Source: a virus (Duplodnaviria > Heunggongvirae > Uroviricota > Caudoviricetes). From it: 64,000 bases of DNA. The notes beneath the pieces were generated by a model that saw nothing but the letters and a program-made list of their open reading frames with translations, made no database searches and had not been told where the DNA came from. Location: IMG/VR virus record IMGVR_UViG_3300036769_000253; one strand, 5' to 3'. The translations under genes and the position numbers were made by a program. Positions 19,936 through 29,010 of the stretch are shown piece after piece (position 1 is the stretch's first letter; each line of letters starts with the position of its first letter).

Positions 19936-22188
19936 ATGTTAAATATTATAAAAAGAGATGGTACTTCAGTACCTTTTGATAAACAAAAAATTATTAATGC
20001 AGTAAATAGTGCTATGATTGAAGTTGATGGAACTTTATATGAGACTGACACTGCTGAAGATATTGCAGAAGATATTCAAATTGCTCTACAAGATATGAGC
20101 AAAATTAAAAAAGATTTAGCCGCTGTTGATGTTGAAAAGATTCAAGATATGGTTGAAGACTTCTTAATGCGCTCTGAGCGTAGAGATGTAGCGAAAGCGT
20201 ATATTCGTTATCGCTATAAGAGAGAAGCCGCAAGAAATCATAATGATGAATTCATTAAAGCTATTAGTGAAAAATTAACCGCAAGTAATGTTCAGAATCA
20301 AAATGCTAATGTTGATGAACATTCTTTTGGAGGTCGTATGGGTGAAGCTAATAGCGTAATGACAAAAGACTATGCGCTAAATTTCATTATCTCTAAAAAA
20401 GCAAGGGAGAATCACTTAAATAATGAAATCTATATACATGATCTTGATAGTTACGCTGTTGGTATGCATAATTGTCTCTCTATACCTTTTGATGATTTGT
20501 TGGCGAATGGGTTTAATACAAGACAGACAGATGTGCGGCCCGCTAATAGTGTTAACACTGCTTTCCAGCTTGTGGCTGTTATTTTCCAATTGCAATCTTT
20601 ACAGCAATTTGGTGGGGTTAGTGCTACTCATCTTGACTGGACTATGGTACCTTACGTAAGAAAGAGCTTCTGGAAACATTTCAAAGACGGTATGACATAT
20701 CTTGAAAATCAGTCTTGGAGTATTATGCCAGATAATAGTAATCGTTCTATTACTGATGAAGTATACTTAAACTGGCCCAAAACCTATAAATATGCCATGG
20801 ATATGACTCTTAAAGAAATTTATCAAGCAGTTGAAGGGATGTATCACAATCTAAATACATTACAATCTCGCTCTGGCAATCAGTTACCTTTTACTTCTAT
20901 TAACTATGGAACTTGTACATTAGAAGAAGGAAGAATTATTACTAAAGCTCTATTGGAAGTATCTATTGAAGGTATTGGTAAACTTCATAAAACTTCAATT
21001 TTCCCATGCGGAATTTTCCAGTGTATGAAAGGTGTTAATAGACAGCCAGGAGATCCAAATTATGACTTATTTCAGTTAGCTTTAAAATCAACAGCGCAGA
21101 GACTTTATCCAAATTATGCAAATGTTGATTGGAGCGGCAATGAAGGATATGATATAAATGATCCATGTACTTATTTCTCAACGATGGGATGCAGAACAGC
21201 CAATGGTTGGGATGTTAATGGTCTGGATCAGAGAAAAGATGGACGTGGAAATATTTGTCCTGTAACAATTATTATGCCCACGTTAGCTATGGAAACAAAA
21301 GAAAAAATAAAAACTTTAAGTAAACTATCTAATGATGAAGAATCTGGATATAATTTAATTGAAGAATTTATGGATTTATTAGATATTAAAATCCATGAAG
21401 CAAAAGATATGCTAATTGAACGTTTTGATTGGATTTGTTCTCAGTCTGCGGATTCTGCTAAGTTTATGTATGAGAATGGAGTAATGGCAGGATATGTTCC
21501 AGAAGAAGGGATTAGATCAGCCCTTAAGCATGGTACTTTAGCTATTGGGCAAATTGGATTAGCTGAAACTCTCCAAATTCTTATCGGTAAAGATCATACT
21601 ACAAAAGAAGGTATGGAGTTAGCTAAACAGATTGAACAATTATTTAAAACTAGATGTGCTGAATTTAAAGAAGAATATAAATTAAATTTTGGAGTTTATT
21701 ATACTCCGGCTGAGAATTTATGTTATACCTCTTTAAAGAAATTCAAAGATAAATATGGAGAAATTCCTAATGTATCAGATAAAGAATTTTTTACAAACTC
21801 AATTCATGTTCCAGTATGGAAAAAAATAAGTCCTTTTGATAAAATTGATATTGAATCACAGCTTACTGGCTACAGTTCTGCGGGATGTATTACTTACGTA
21901 GAGCTTGATTGTGGAATTAAAAATAATCTTGAAGGATTAGAACAAGTAGTTAATTATGCTATGGATCATGATATTCCATACTTTGCGGTCAATGTACCTA
22001 ATGATACTTGCCTTGATTGTGGATACTGCGATGAATTTAATGATACTTGCCCAGTTTGCGGAAGTCATCATATTCAGCAATTACGTCGTGTAACCGGTTA
22101 TTTAACTGGTAATTATACAACAGCTTTTAATTTGGGTAAGCAAGACGAAGTGCATCATAGGGTTAAGCATGGAGGTTACTTAGAATGA
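19936..22188 (+). CDS. nrdD: Anaerobic (class III) ribonucleotide reductase large subunit with ATP cone
   Basis: N-terminal IIKRDG ATP cone; TMGCRT, TPAENLC; C-terminal CxxC/CxxC Zn site and RRVTGYL glycyl-radical loop. Confidence 0.95.
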   Translation: MLNIIKRDGTSVPFDKQKIINAVNSAMIEVDGTLYETDTAEDIAEDIQIALQDMSKIKKDLAAVDVEKIQDMVEDFLMRSERRDVAKAYIRYRYKREAARNHNDEFIKAISEKLTASNVQNQNANVDEHSFGGRMGEANSVMTKDYALNFIISKKARENHLNNEIYIHDLDSYAVGMHNCLSIPFDDLLANGFNTRQTDVRPANSVNTAFQLVAVIFQLQSLQQFGGVSATHLDWTMVPYVRKSFWKHFKDGMTYLENQSWSIMPDNSNRSITDEVYLNWPKTYKYAMDMTLKEIYQAVEGMYHNLNTLQSRSGNQLPFTSINYGTCTLEEGRIITKALLEVSIEGIGKLHKTSIFPCGIFQCMKGVNRQPGDPNYDLFQLALKSTAQRLYPNYANVDWSGNEGYDINDPCTYFSTMGCRTANGWDVNGLDQRKDGRGNICPVTIIMPTLAMETKEKIKTLSKLSNDEESGYNLIEEFMDLLDIKIHEAKDMLIERFDWICSQSADSAKFMYENGVMAGYVPEEGIRSALKHGTLAIGQIGLAETLQILIGKDHTTKEGMELAKQIEQLFKTRCAEFKEEYKLNFGVYYTPAENLCYTSLKKFKDKYGEIPNVSDKEFFTNSIHVPVWKKISPFDKIDIESQLTGYSSAGCITYVELDCGIKNNLEGLEQVVNYAMDHDIPYFAVNVPNDTCLDCGYCDEFNDTCPVCGSHHIQQLRRVTGYLTGNYTTAFNLGKQDEVHHRVKHGGYLE

Positions 22189-22667
22189 ATTATGCAGGCA
22201 TTATAAAAAATGATTTTGCCGCTGCTCCTGGAGTTTCTGTTTCATTCTTTACTCAAGGTTGTCCTCATAGATGTCCGGGGTGTCATAACCCCGAGACATG
22301 GGACTTTGATGGTGGAAAAGAATTTACTCCAGAAACAATTCAAGAGATTGTTAATGCTTTAACGGCAAATGGAATAAAACGGAATTTATGTATTATGGGA
22401 GGAGAGCCTCTCTGTCCAGAAAACCAATTACTGACTTTACTTGTAGTTAATTCTATCAAAGAAAAATTACCAAATGTGAAGATCTACCTATGGACAGGAT
22501 ACACTTTGGAAAATTTAAAAGAAAGTAATTTTCCAAAAGTAAAAAGTATCTTAGATAATATTGATGCTCTAATTGATGGGCCTTATGTTGAATCTTTAAG
22601 AGATACGACTTTATTTTTAAGAGGTTCTAGTAATCAGAACATTTATTATGCACCTTTTGACTTTTAA
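22185..22667 (+). CDS. nrdG: Anaerobic RNR activating enzyme
   Basis: FTQGCPHRCPGCHNP radical-SAM motif, GGEP and WTGY; overlaps the nrdD stop. Confidence 0.95.
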   Translation: MNYAGIIKNDFAAAPGVSVSFFTQGCPHRCPGCHNPETWDFDGGKEFTPETIQEIVNALTANGIKRNLCIMGGEPLCPENQLLTLLVVNSIKEKLPNVKIYLWTGYTLENLKESNFPKVKSILDNIDALIDGPYVESLRDTTLFLRGSSNQNIYYAPFDF

Positions 22668-22685
22668 CATATTTTTTGATATAAT
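22657..22685 (+). promoter_or_regulatory. Sigma-A-type promoter
   Basis: TTGACT, 17-bp spacer, TG-n-TATAAT (-10 at 22680-22685). Confidence 0.8.
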
Positions 22686-22714
22686 ATATTTAAAATAAGA
22701 AAGGAGCATAGTAG

Positions 22715-23221
22715 ATGGTTACTTTTCAAACTAGAAAAGAGTTAGATAATCCTCTTTTATATTTTGAGCCTGGCGAAATTGCTTGGATTGAAGATGAAAA
22801 AGAATTTTATGTGTGGAATAAAGGCTGGAAAGCAATGAATATTAAATCTGATGGTTTAGAATTAAATCTATACGATATGAATAAACAAATCATTTCTCAG
22901 CTACCAATATATAATCAAGAACAAATTAAAGATATGATAGATTCTATCAACAAGATGGCAGAATCCTCAGATAATAAATATTTTATGCTTTATGGAAAAG
23001 AGATTAGTTATTTTACGTTATTCTCAAGGACTGGCGATAATCTTGAATATGATAATTTAGGATTAGCAGTAGTTGATTGCTTACAAAGTGTAGGAGAGTT
23101 AGTCTCATTGTCTGAAAATCAAGTTGATAATGCACTTGAAATTTGGGTAAAACAAAAAGAAAATGTAACTTGTTTATATTTGTTTGAGTATGATAAAGGA
23201 GTTGTTACTTTCCGTGGATAA
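22715..23221 (+). CDS. Hypothetical protein
   Basis: RBS GAAAGGAG right after the promoter; 168 aa. Confidence 0.7.
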   Translation: MVTFQTRKELDNPLLYFEPGEIAWIEDEKEFYVWNKGWKAMNIKSDGLELNLYDMNKQIISQLPIYNQEQIKDMIDSINKMAESSDNKYFMLYGKEISYFTLFSRTGDNLEYDNLGLAVVDCLQSVGELVSLSENQVDNALEIWVKQKENVTCLYLFEYDKGVVTFRG

Positions 23222-23471
23222 TAAACTTGTATGTACAGTAGATTATTTTGTGATAGATCAAACTATTTTTATTGTACAAGATGATAAAATTATAGAAACA
23301 GCAAAATCTCCATTATGGGAATTAGTAGATAATTTAAATGATTTAAGTTATGCTTTAAATATTCCACATATAATACTTGAAGGAGATAAAGAATATTTAA
23401 GCGACATAGTAGAAAATCTTTATAAAACAACACAATTTTCAAATAATGAATTAAAAGTAGAGGTATTTTAA
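23214..23471 (+). CDS. Hypothetical protein
   Basis: Likely GTG start at 23214 after AAAGGAG, overlapping the previous stop. Confidence 0.55.
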   Translation: MDNKLVCTVDYFVIDQTIFIVQDDKIIETAKSPLWELVDNLNDLSYALNIPHIILEGDKEYLSDIVENLYKTTQFSNNELKVEVF

Positions 23472-23473
23472 TT

Positions 23474-23722
23474 ATGGATAAATATTTAATTAATAGTGTA
23501 AATACTTACAGAGTTCCAACAGTAGAAGACGCTCTGGCATTAAGAAAAGAACTTGAACAGATTGATTGCGGCGAGCTTACTAGCTTTAGTTATACAACGA
23601 AATATATTAAAGCTAAAGGCGAAATTATCGAAGAGTATCAGGTGGTTAAAGCAAAAATTACTTTTAACGAAGAGAAAGATCCAGAAGAGCATATTGATGT
23701 TCAGTATGGAAGTGGGTTTTAA
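23474..23722 (+). CDS. Hypothetical protein
   Basis: RBS GAGGT; 82 aa; tightly packed. Confidence 0.65.
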   Translation: MDKYLINSVNTYRVPTVEDALALRKELEQIDCGELTSFSYTTKYIKAKGEIIEEYQVVKAKITFNEEKDPEEHIDVQYGSGF

Positions 23723-23724
23723 AT

Positions 23725-24300
23725 ATGGCGAAATTTGAAGTAGTTAGTAAATATGCGGATGCTGATATTCAGCTTCCTGTAAGAAAAACTAAGGAAGCCG
23801 CAGGTTATGATTTTACGGTTGCCGCAGATACAGTTATTATGCCATATGAAACTTTATATGATACTCTAAGAATCGCGGACAGACTTCCAATTAGTGAAGA
23901 AAAAATTAAAACTATTGATGAAGTTGCAACATTGACTAAGAAATATAAAGCAAAACCGACTTTAGTTCCAACAGGAATTAAATGCAAGCTTGAGCCGGGC
24001 ACTTATCTTGAACTTAGTGTGCGCAGTTCTTCTCCTTTAAAATATTGGCTTCTTTTGGCTAATGGAGTTGGAATCATTGATGGTGATTACTATAATAATC
24101 AAGATAATGAAGGAGAAATTTTCTTTCAGTTGATTAACCTTTCCCCTTATCCAATTTTATTGAAGAAAGGTGACGCTATTGGTCAAGGTATTATTAAGCC
24201 TTATCTGAAAACAGAAGATGATGTTGAAGGTGGGCTTAGGGTTGGTGGCTTTGGATCCACCTCATACGCAGATCAAGATGTGTTACAGTCAGCTACATGA
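23725..24300 (+). CDS. dut: Trimeric dUTPase
   Basis: AAGYDF, RSS, GIIDGDYY, IGQGI and RVGGFGST motifs. Confidence 0.93.
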   Translation: MAKFEVVSKYADADIQLPVRKTKEAAGYDFTVAADTVIMPYETLYDTLRIADRLPISEEKIKTIDEVATLTKKYKAKPTLVPTGIKCKLEPGTYLELSVRSSSPLKYWLLLANGVGIIDGDYYNNQDNEGEIFFQLINLSPYPILLKKGDAIGQGIIKPYLKTEDDVEGGLRVGGFGSTSYADQDVLQSAT

Positions 24301-24815
24301 GATTGTTAGCTTTAGATCAAGCAAGTAAAGTTTCTGGATATGCGGTTTTTATTGATGGAAAATTAGAGACTTTTGGAAAATTAAGTTTTAATAATGAAAG
24401 TCTTGGGGAAAGATTATTTAGAATACGTGAAGCTGTTGCTAAATTAATTGCTGACTATGGTATTGAAGAAGTTATTTTTGAAGATATCCAACTTCAATCT
24501 AATGTTGGCAATAATGTTCAGACTTTTAAAGCTTTAGCAGAGGTTTATGGAATTATTTATGAATTGGTAACTGAATTGGATTTACCTAATACATCTGTAT
24601 TAGCTAGCTCTTGGAAATCTGCACTTGGAATAAAAGGGAGAACTCGCCAAGAGCAGAAGCGAAACGCGCAAGCTTATGTTACTAATGTATATGGAATAAA
24701 AGCAACGCAAGATGAATCAGATGCGATTTGTATTGGTTCTTATCTTCTAAATAAAAAAGATAAAGTAGATACTTTAATGAAAGAATCTGAAAAAGGATTT
24801 GATTGGTCAGATTAA
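24297..24815 (+). CDS. ruvC: RuvC-like Holliday junction resolvase
   Basis: LLALDQAS..GYA, VIFED and DESDAICIG catalytic acidic pattern. Confidence 0.8.
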   Translation: MRLLALDQASKVSGYAVFIDGKLETFGKLSFNNESLGERLFRIREAVAKLIADYGIEEVIFEDIQLQSNVGNNVQTFKALAEVYGIIYELVTELDLPNTSVLASSWKSALGIKGRTRQEQKRNAQAYVTNVYGIKATQDESDAICIGSYLLNKKDKVDTLMKESEKGFDWSD

Positions 24816-24888
24816 TTTAAAATTCGCTTTCTATTTTTTATATTCTATGAGGACATAAAAAGGCTAGGAGGCGAATTTTTTTTTATTT

Positions 24889-25350
24889 ATGTTAGAATTT
24901 ATTGTGAAATATTGGATTGAGTTTTTGTTTGGACTTATCGTTACGGGTGGAGGAATCTTCTTAAAACGATATGCGGAGTTAGTAAAAAAAGAACAAAAAG
25001 CTCAACAAAATGAATTCTATAGTAAACTGAAAGCCGAGATATCAGATAGTTATCAACAGTCTCAATATGACGATAAGGTTCTCCAGGGAGAGATTGATGA
25101 CTTAAAAGACGAATTGAATTGTTTAAAGAAGGGAATTTTGTCTCTTCAAGGGCGTCAATTCAAACAAGCATGTATTATGTTACTTAATGAAAATCATGAC
25201 ATTTCTTTAGAAGAGTATCAAGAAATTGATAATGATCATGATGCTTATAATGGGTTAGGTGGTAATCACAATGGAGATCGTTTATTTAATTTAGTCAAAA
25301 AGAAGGCTGAAAGGACTTTAACAGTTACTACAGATGAAGCTGATGAATAA
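24889..25350 (+). CDS. Holin-like/lysis-associated membrane protein
   Basis: N-terminal hydrophobic helix, coiled coil and a Y..LGGN motif often seen in Firmicutes phage lysis regions. Confidence 0.5.
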   Translation: MLEFIVKYWIEFLFGLIVTGGGIFLKRYAELVKKEQKAQQNEFYSKLKAEISDSYQQSQYDDKVLQGEIDDLKDELNCLKKGILSLQGRQFKQACIMLLNENHDISLEEYQEIDNDHDAYNGLGGNHNGDRLFNLVKKKAERTLTVTTDEADE

Positions 25351-25352
25351 AC

Positions 25353-25395
25353 AAAAAAATGGGAAGAACTATAAAAGTTCTTCCCTTATTTTTTT
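25353..25395. terminator. Bidirectional intrinsic terminator at the strand switch
   Basis: GGGAAGAACT-ataaa-AGTTCTTCCC flanked by an A tract and a T tract between convergent genes. Confidence 0.9.
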
Positions 25396-25819
25396 ATGCT
25401 AATTTAGAAGCAAGTACAGCTATCTTCTTTTGTAGCAGTTGTTTTTCTTCTGGAGATGCAGTGGATGCCATTTCCATTACATCTTTTTGAAGCTCATTGA
25501 TATAGCCTTCAAGGTGTTGCATTGAAAGAATTGGGTCATTACTCATTTTTTTAACTTCTTTATATTCGTGATAATGTTTTTCAATAGGTCTATCTTCTTT
25601 CATTGTGTGCGGTTGATAGGCATCATGATGCGTCATAATTTCTTCTGAATCTGATTCTTCCATTGCTTTTACAATGCTGCAATAATACATTGTTTCAGCA
25701 ATATCTTTAATCATATCTACAACTTCGCCTAATTCTTTAGTATCTGCGCACTGTGGATTTTCTAATTCCATTTCCACTTGTTCCATAAGCATTTTTTTCA
25801 TTCTTTTAAGATCTTTCAT
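25394..25819 (-). CDS. Cassette gene 5: helical protein with His-rich centre, unknown function
   Basis: Start abuts the upstream stop (TAAATG); predicted all-alpha. Confidence 0.75.
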   Translation of the reverse strand: MKDLKRMKKMLMEQVEMELENPQCADTKELGEVVDMIKDIAETMYYCSIVKAMEESDSEEIMTHHDAYQPHTMKEDRPIEKHYHEYKEVKKMSNDPILSMQHLEGYINELQKDVMEMASTASPEEKQLLQKKIAVLASKLA

Positions 25820-26239
25820 TTACGCCACCCTTTCAACAATTAAATTAGCATTTTGAACTAAGATAGATTGTGTTGAAGTATTTTTAATACTAACTTGAGA
25901 GCAGCATCCTTTTGGGACATCAATAAAAATTGCGCCAGATACTGAATTATAATCATCAACTGCTCCAGGAGTAGAAATCATCATTGAAGAAGCAATAGGT
26001 TCTCCATCAATAGTAATTGCTACCGAGATTGAATCAGCTGTGCCACCTGTTGGAACTGCTATATTACATCCAAAAGTGACTCTGTAACGAGCTCTGCATT
26101 GTTGCGTTAGACCGCGCAAATTAACAAGCCCGCTTCCACTTCTATGGAGAATACTGCAGTTACCTTCAACCGCAGTATTCGTAAATAATATATCTTGATT
26201 AGCTGCTACTGTTTGAGCTGTTGTCGCAGTAATTTCCAT
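25820..26239 (-). CDS. Cassette gene 4: beta-sandwich protein, possibly BclA-CTD/C1q-like
   Basis: Alternating beta-strand pattern, 5 Cys, QNANLIVERVA ending; fold assignment is tentative. Confidence 0.6.
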   Translation of the reverse strand: MEITATTAQTVAANQDILFTNTAVEGNCSILHRSGSGLVNLRGLTQQCRARYRVTFGCNIAVPTGGTADSISVAITIDGEPIASSMMISTPGAVDDYNSVSGAIFIDVPKGCCSQVSIKNTSTQSILVQNANLIVERVA

Positions 26240-26266
26240 AAATACAAATCTCCTTTACTTATTTAC

Positions 26267-26983
26267 TTAACAACTACATCCATTAGAATAAGCTGCATAT
26301 GGACTACCCGTCAAATATGCAGGAATTGGACATGGACGAAGTTCATTTACTAAGTAAGCGTTCTGAGCGCATTGAGATAACTGGAAGTTAGCTGACTGTA
26401 GCTCATTATTCTTAGCTTCTAATCTATCACGTAACTCTTGCATTGTGTTAGCATTAATTAAAGCTCTTGTTTGTTCAGCTTCTTCTCTAATTGCTTGAGT
26501 TATTTCACAAGTATTTCGAGAATTATCATATCTAACTGCATCTATATTGCGGTTTGTATCACAGCAACAAGACTGCATTGCATAACGATTATCAGCTAAG
26601 TTAGCGTTTACTGTATTAAAACCTTGTGCAACAGAACTAAATCCTGTACACAAATCACGTTGCACGTTACCAAAATTGGTCAATAGAGTTGTGTTGTTAG
26701 TATAGAATCCATCACAAAGTCCTTGCTGAACTCCTCTAACACCATTTTCTACATTCTGGAAGTTTAAGTCTTGACTTAAATCTGCTCTAGTTAAGGCGCC
26801 CTGAGTTGCAGCTGAATTAGCTCCATTACCCCAGTTGCCTCCCCAACCTCCGCCCATAAAGACGAATAAGAATAGGATTATAATCCACCAAGCTCCCATG
26901 CCATCTGTCCAGCCAGCTTCTCCACGATTTCCAGAAGCAGCTGCAATATCTGATAATGAATATCCTGAACCTTGATTAAACAT
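26267..26983 (-). CDS. Cassette gene 3: membrane-anchored Cys-rich coiled-coil protein
   Basis: WWIIILFLFVFM hydrophobic segment, Gly/Trp linker, long N/Q-rich heptad region, 10 Cys including CCC and terminal GCSC; RBS AGGAGG. Confidence 0.8.
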   Translation of the reverse strand: MFNQGSGYSLSDIAAASGNRGEAGWTDGMGAWWIIILFLFVFMGGGWGGNWGNGANSAATQGALTRADLSQDLNFQNVENGVRGVQQGLCDGFYTNNTTLLTNFGNVQRDLCTGFSSVAQGFNTVNANLADNRYAMQSCCCDTNRNIDAVRYDNSRNTCEITQAIREEAEQTRALINANTMQELRDRLEAKNNELQSANFQLSQCAQNAYLVNELRPCPIPAYLTGSPYAAYSNGCSC

Positions 26984-27003
26984 ATTGGTTCCTCCTTTTA
27001 AAA

Positions 27004-27243
27004 TTATCTGAGGCCAAGCATTTGTTTAAAATTACTAAATTCTTGGTCAAAATCTACACCTCTCTGTTGGCATAAATTTCTAGCTAATTGTTCAATACCT
27101 TTTGTATCATTAGCTTGCGCCATACTTAAGAGGTTGTTACCCATAGGAGTTCCCTGCATTTGGCTTAAAAGATTCATCATTAATTGTTGTGGGTTTCCGC
27201 CATTTCTAATTAATTGAATAAACTGCATAGGATTAATATTCAT
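27004..27243 (-). CDS. Cassette gene 2: small Met/Gln-rich helical protein
   Basis: 79 aa with 8 Met and 12 Gln, NP-x-Q motifs; RBS AGGAGG. Confidence 0.75.
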   Translation of the reverse strand: MNINPMQFIQLIRNGGNPQQLMMNLLSQMQGTPMGNNLLSMAQANDTKGIEQLARNLCQQRGVDFDQEFSNFKQMLGLR

Positions 27244-27255
27244 TATATTACCTCC

Positions 27256-27714
27256 TTAAAAGTTTAAGTTTAATGGCTCTTTTGATTTTTCTTGTTCAGC
27301 TTTTTGCGGTTGCGGCTCGCTCATCGGGGTCGTCGATGCCGTAGAAGGTTGACTTAAAAAACTTTTTAATTGAGTCATAGCTATCTCAAATTCTTCTCGT
27401 GTTACATAAGCAGAACTATTCAACGGTGGTTCAACAGGCATTTCTTTCAATTCGTACATGTTTAGTGTGGCTGTGCCATCCATATTTATCTGCTTTGTGT
27501 AAATTTTTTTATTTGCCAAATCTGGGAAATAAAAAATCGAACCATCAAAATCTATTGTAGCAGCTCTCGCTTCTTCAATAGATGATACAGGTCTACCTTT
27601 TACAGTCGCCATCATCTGAGGACGCATCATTGAAGAAGGACTCTGCATCTGATTTTGATAGTATTGAGTTTGAGGTTGCATTTGGTTATAATAGCTATTA
27701 TTTGTAGGATACAT
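27256..27714 (-). CDS. Cassette gene 1: Q/Y/P-rich N-terminus, small beta domain, YVTREEF helix
   Basis: RBS GAAAGGA; low-complexity ends around a compact core. Confidence 0.75.
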   Translation of the reverse strand: MYPTNNSYYNQMQPQTQYYQNQMQSPSSMMRPQMMATVKGRPVSSIEEARAATIDFDGSIFYFPDLANKKIYTKQINMDGTATLNMYELKEMPVEPPLNSSAYVTREEFEIAMTQLKSFLSQPSTASTTPMSEPQPQKAEQEKSKEPLNLNF

Positions 27715-27840
27715 AAAAAGTATACTTCCTTTCTGTAAGAAAATTTTTCTCTCTTTCTTACATTATATATTGATTTTTGAATGGGCAAAATTTTAAAATA
27801 AAACCCTGAAATGTTGCATAAACTTTTCTCAAAAATTTTA

Positions 27841-27951
27841 AATACTTTTATAAAATTTATACAAAAGTATTAAACCGATCGGTTTAACACGCTATATGTT
27901 TTGTATACTTTGAACAAAAATATATTATAGATTTTTGTTAAAAATGAACAA
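27841..27951. promoter_or_regulatory. Palindrome-rich control region with candidate minus-strand promoter
   Basis: Perfect 18-bp palindrome TTAAACCGATCGGTTTAA (27870-27887); imperfect inverted repeat 27841-27871; minus-strand TTGTTC-16-TATAAT (27951-27924). Confidence 0.45.
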
Positions 27952-27957
27952 AAAAAT

Positions 27958-27985
27958 AAGGGAACCTCAATTAAGAGGTTCCCTT
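27958..27985 (-). terminator. Intrinsic terminator at the end of the tail/holin transcript
   Basis: AAGGGAACCTC-aattaa-GAGGTTCCCTT 11-bp stem overlapping the holin stop; T tract on the minus strand. Confidence 0.85.
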
Positions 27986-28381
27986 TTTAGTTTTTTGTTC
28001 ATTTACTGTTGCTTCAATCATATTAATGATATAAGCATCTAAATCGCCATATGCTTCTTTTAAATAAGTTTTAGCATCATCATTTAAAATTTTTAAAACT
28101 TCAGTTAAGGTTTCTTGAAAAGCTGCTTCTTGCGCAGTCTTATCAAATGAGCCTTGCTGTTTTAAAGTTTCTACATAAGTTTGATTCGTTGCAATTACAC
28201 AAGTAGTAATTGTATCTGTTAGCATATCTGTGTACTTTTTAGCTAATGCAGAATCTGACTCTGCATTAAAAGCTTCATTCTTTGCTTGGATATATTTAAC
28301 TAAATATGTAGTTAAAATACCAAGTAAAGGAATAATACACACTTCAAAAATATCTGTTAATATTTGTAAAAAAGTTTCCAT
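27971..28381 (-). CDS. Holin, LL-H-like
   Basis: Single N-terminal TM (CIIPLLGILTTYLV), V.A.NQ and IEA.V motifs; follows the tail fibre genes. Confidence 0.65.
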   Translation of the reverse strand: METFLQILTDIFEVCIIPLLGILTTYLVKYIQAKNEAFNAESDSALAKKYTDMLTDTITTCVIATNQTYVETLKQQGSFDKTAQEAAFQETLTEVLKILNDDAKTYLKEAYGDLDAYIINMIEATVNEQKTKKGTS

Positions 28382-28396
28382 ATTTTTTCCTCCTTA

Positions 28397-28969
28397 TCAC
28401 CAAGAACTTGTTGATGTCGATAACCCTGCATTATTTGCATGACTCGTTGTTGTAAAGGTTGGTTTCCAAGCACCATTAATATAAACATACGGAAAAGCTT
28501 GACGCCATCCATTAATATAAACATAAGGAATTCCGGATTTCCATCCACCATTATATATATTATTATTATATGTATAAGTATCATAAGCTTTAACTGCTTT
28601 AAAAGTTGCTGTTAAATATGATCTATAAACAGTTCCTGACTTACCAGTATATCCAGCTTTTACTCTAATTTTAATATTTTCCCCATAAGAAGCTGTTTGA
28701 GTTTTTTCGTCACTTACACAATATAATCCAGTGCTATCTAATGTTGATCCAGACGGACTCCATCCAACACTTGTCCAACCGTCATCATTATTATTATATT
28801 GTGCACCACTATATTGAATAAAGCTTCCTTGAAAATTGCCTTCTGTAACGCTTATTCCAACTTTATACTTAATTGTCCAGGTACTAGTTCCATATGAAAT
28901 AGAATAGTAAAGGCCCACTTTAAATTTTGAATTCTCTGTTCCAGTCTCGCTTCCTAAAACTGTTGCCAT
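28397..28969 (-). CDS. Small tail-fibre-associated protein
   Basis: Beta-rich; tandem PYVYINGW motifs; position after a large fibre gene. Confidence 0.5.
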   Translation of the reverse strand: MATVLGSETGTENSKFKVGLYYSISYGTSTWTIKYKVGISVTEGNFQGSFIQYSGAQYNNNDDGWTSVGWSPSGSTLDSTGLYCVSDEKTQTASYGENIKIRVKAGYTGKSGTVYRSYLTATFKAVKAYDTYTYNNNIYNGGWKSGIPYVYINGWRQAFPYVYINGAWKPTFTTTSHANNAGLSTSTSSW

Positions 28970-29010
28970 TTTTACCTCCTTTTTTATAGTAATATATAAG
29001 ATTATATATT

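Noticed and set aside
2339-22188. Inteins in DnaB, DnaE or NrdD
   Set aside because: Protein lengths are normal, with no C...HN splice-junction or LAGLIDADG motifs.
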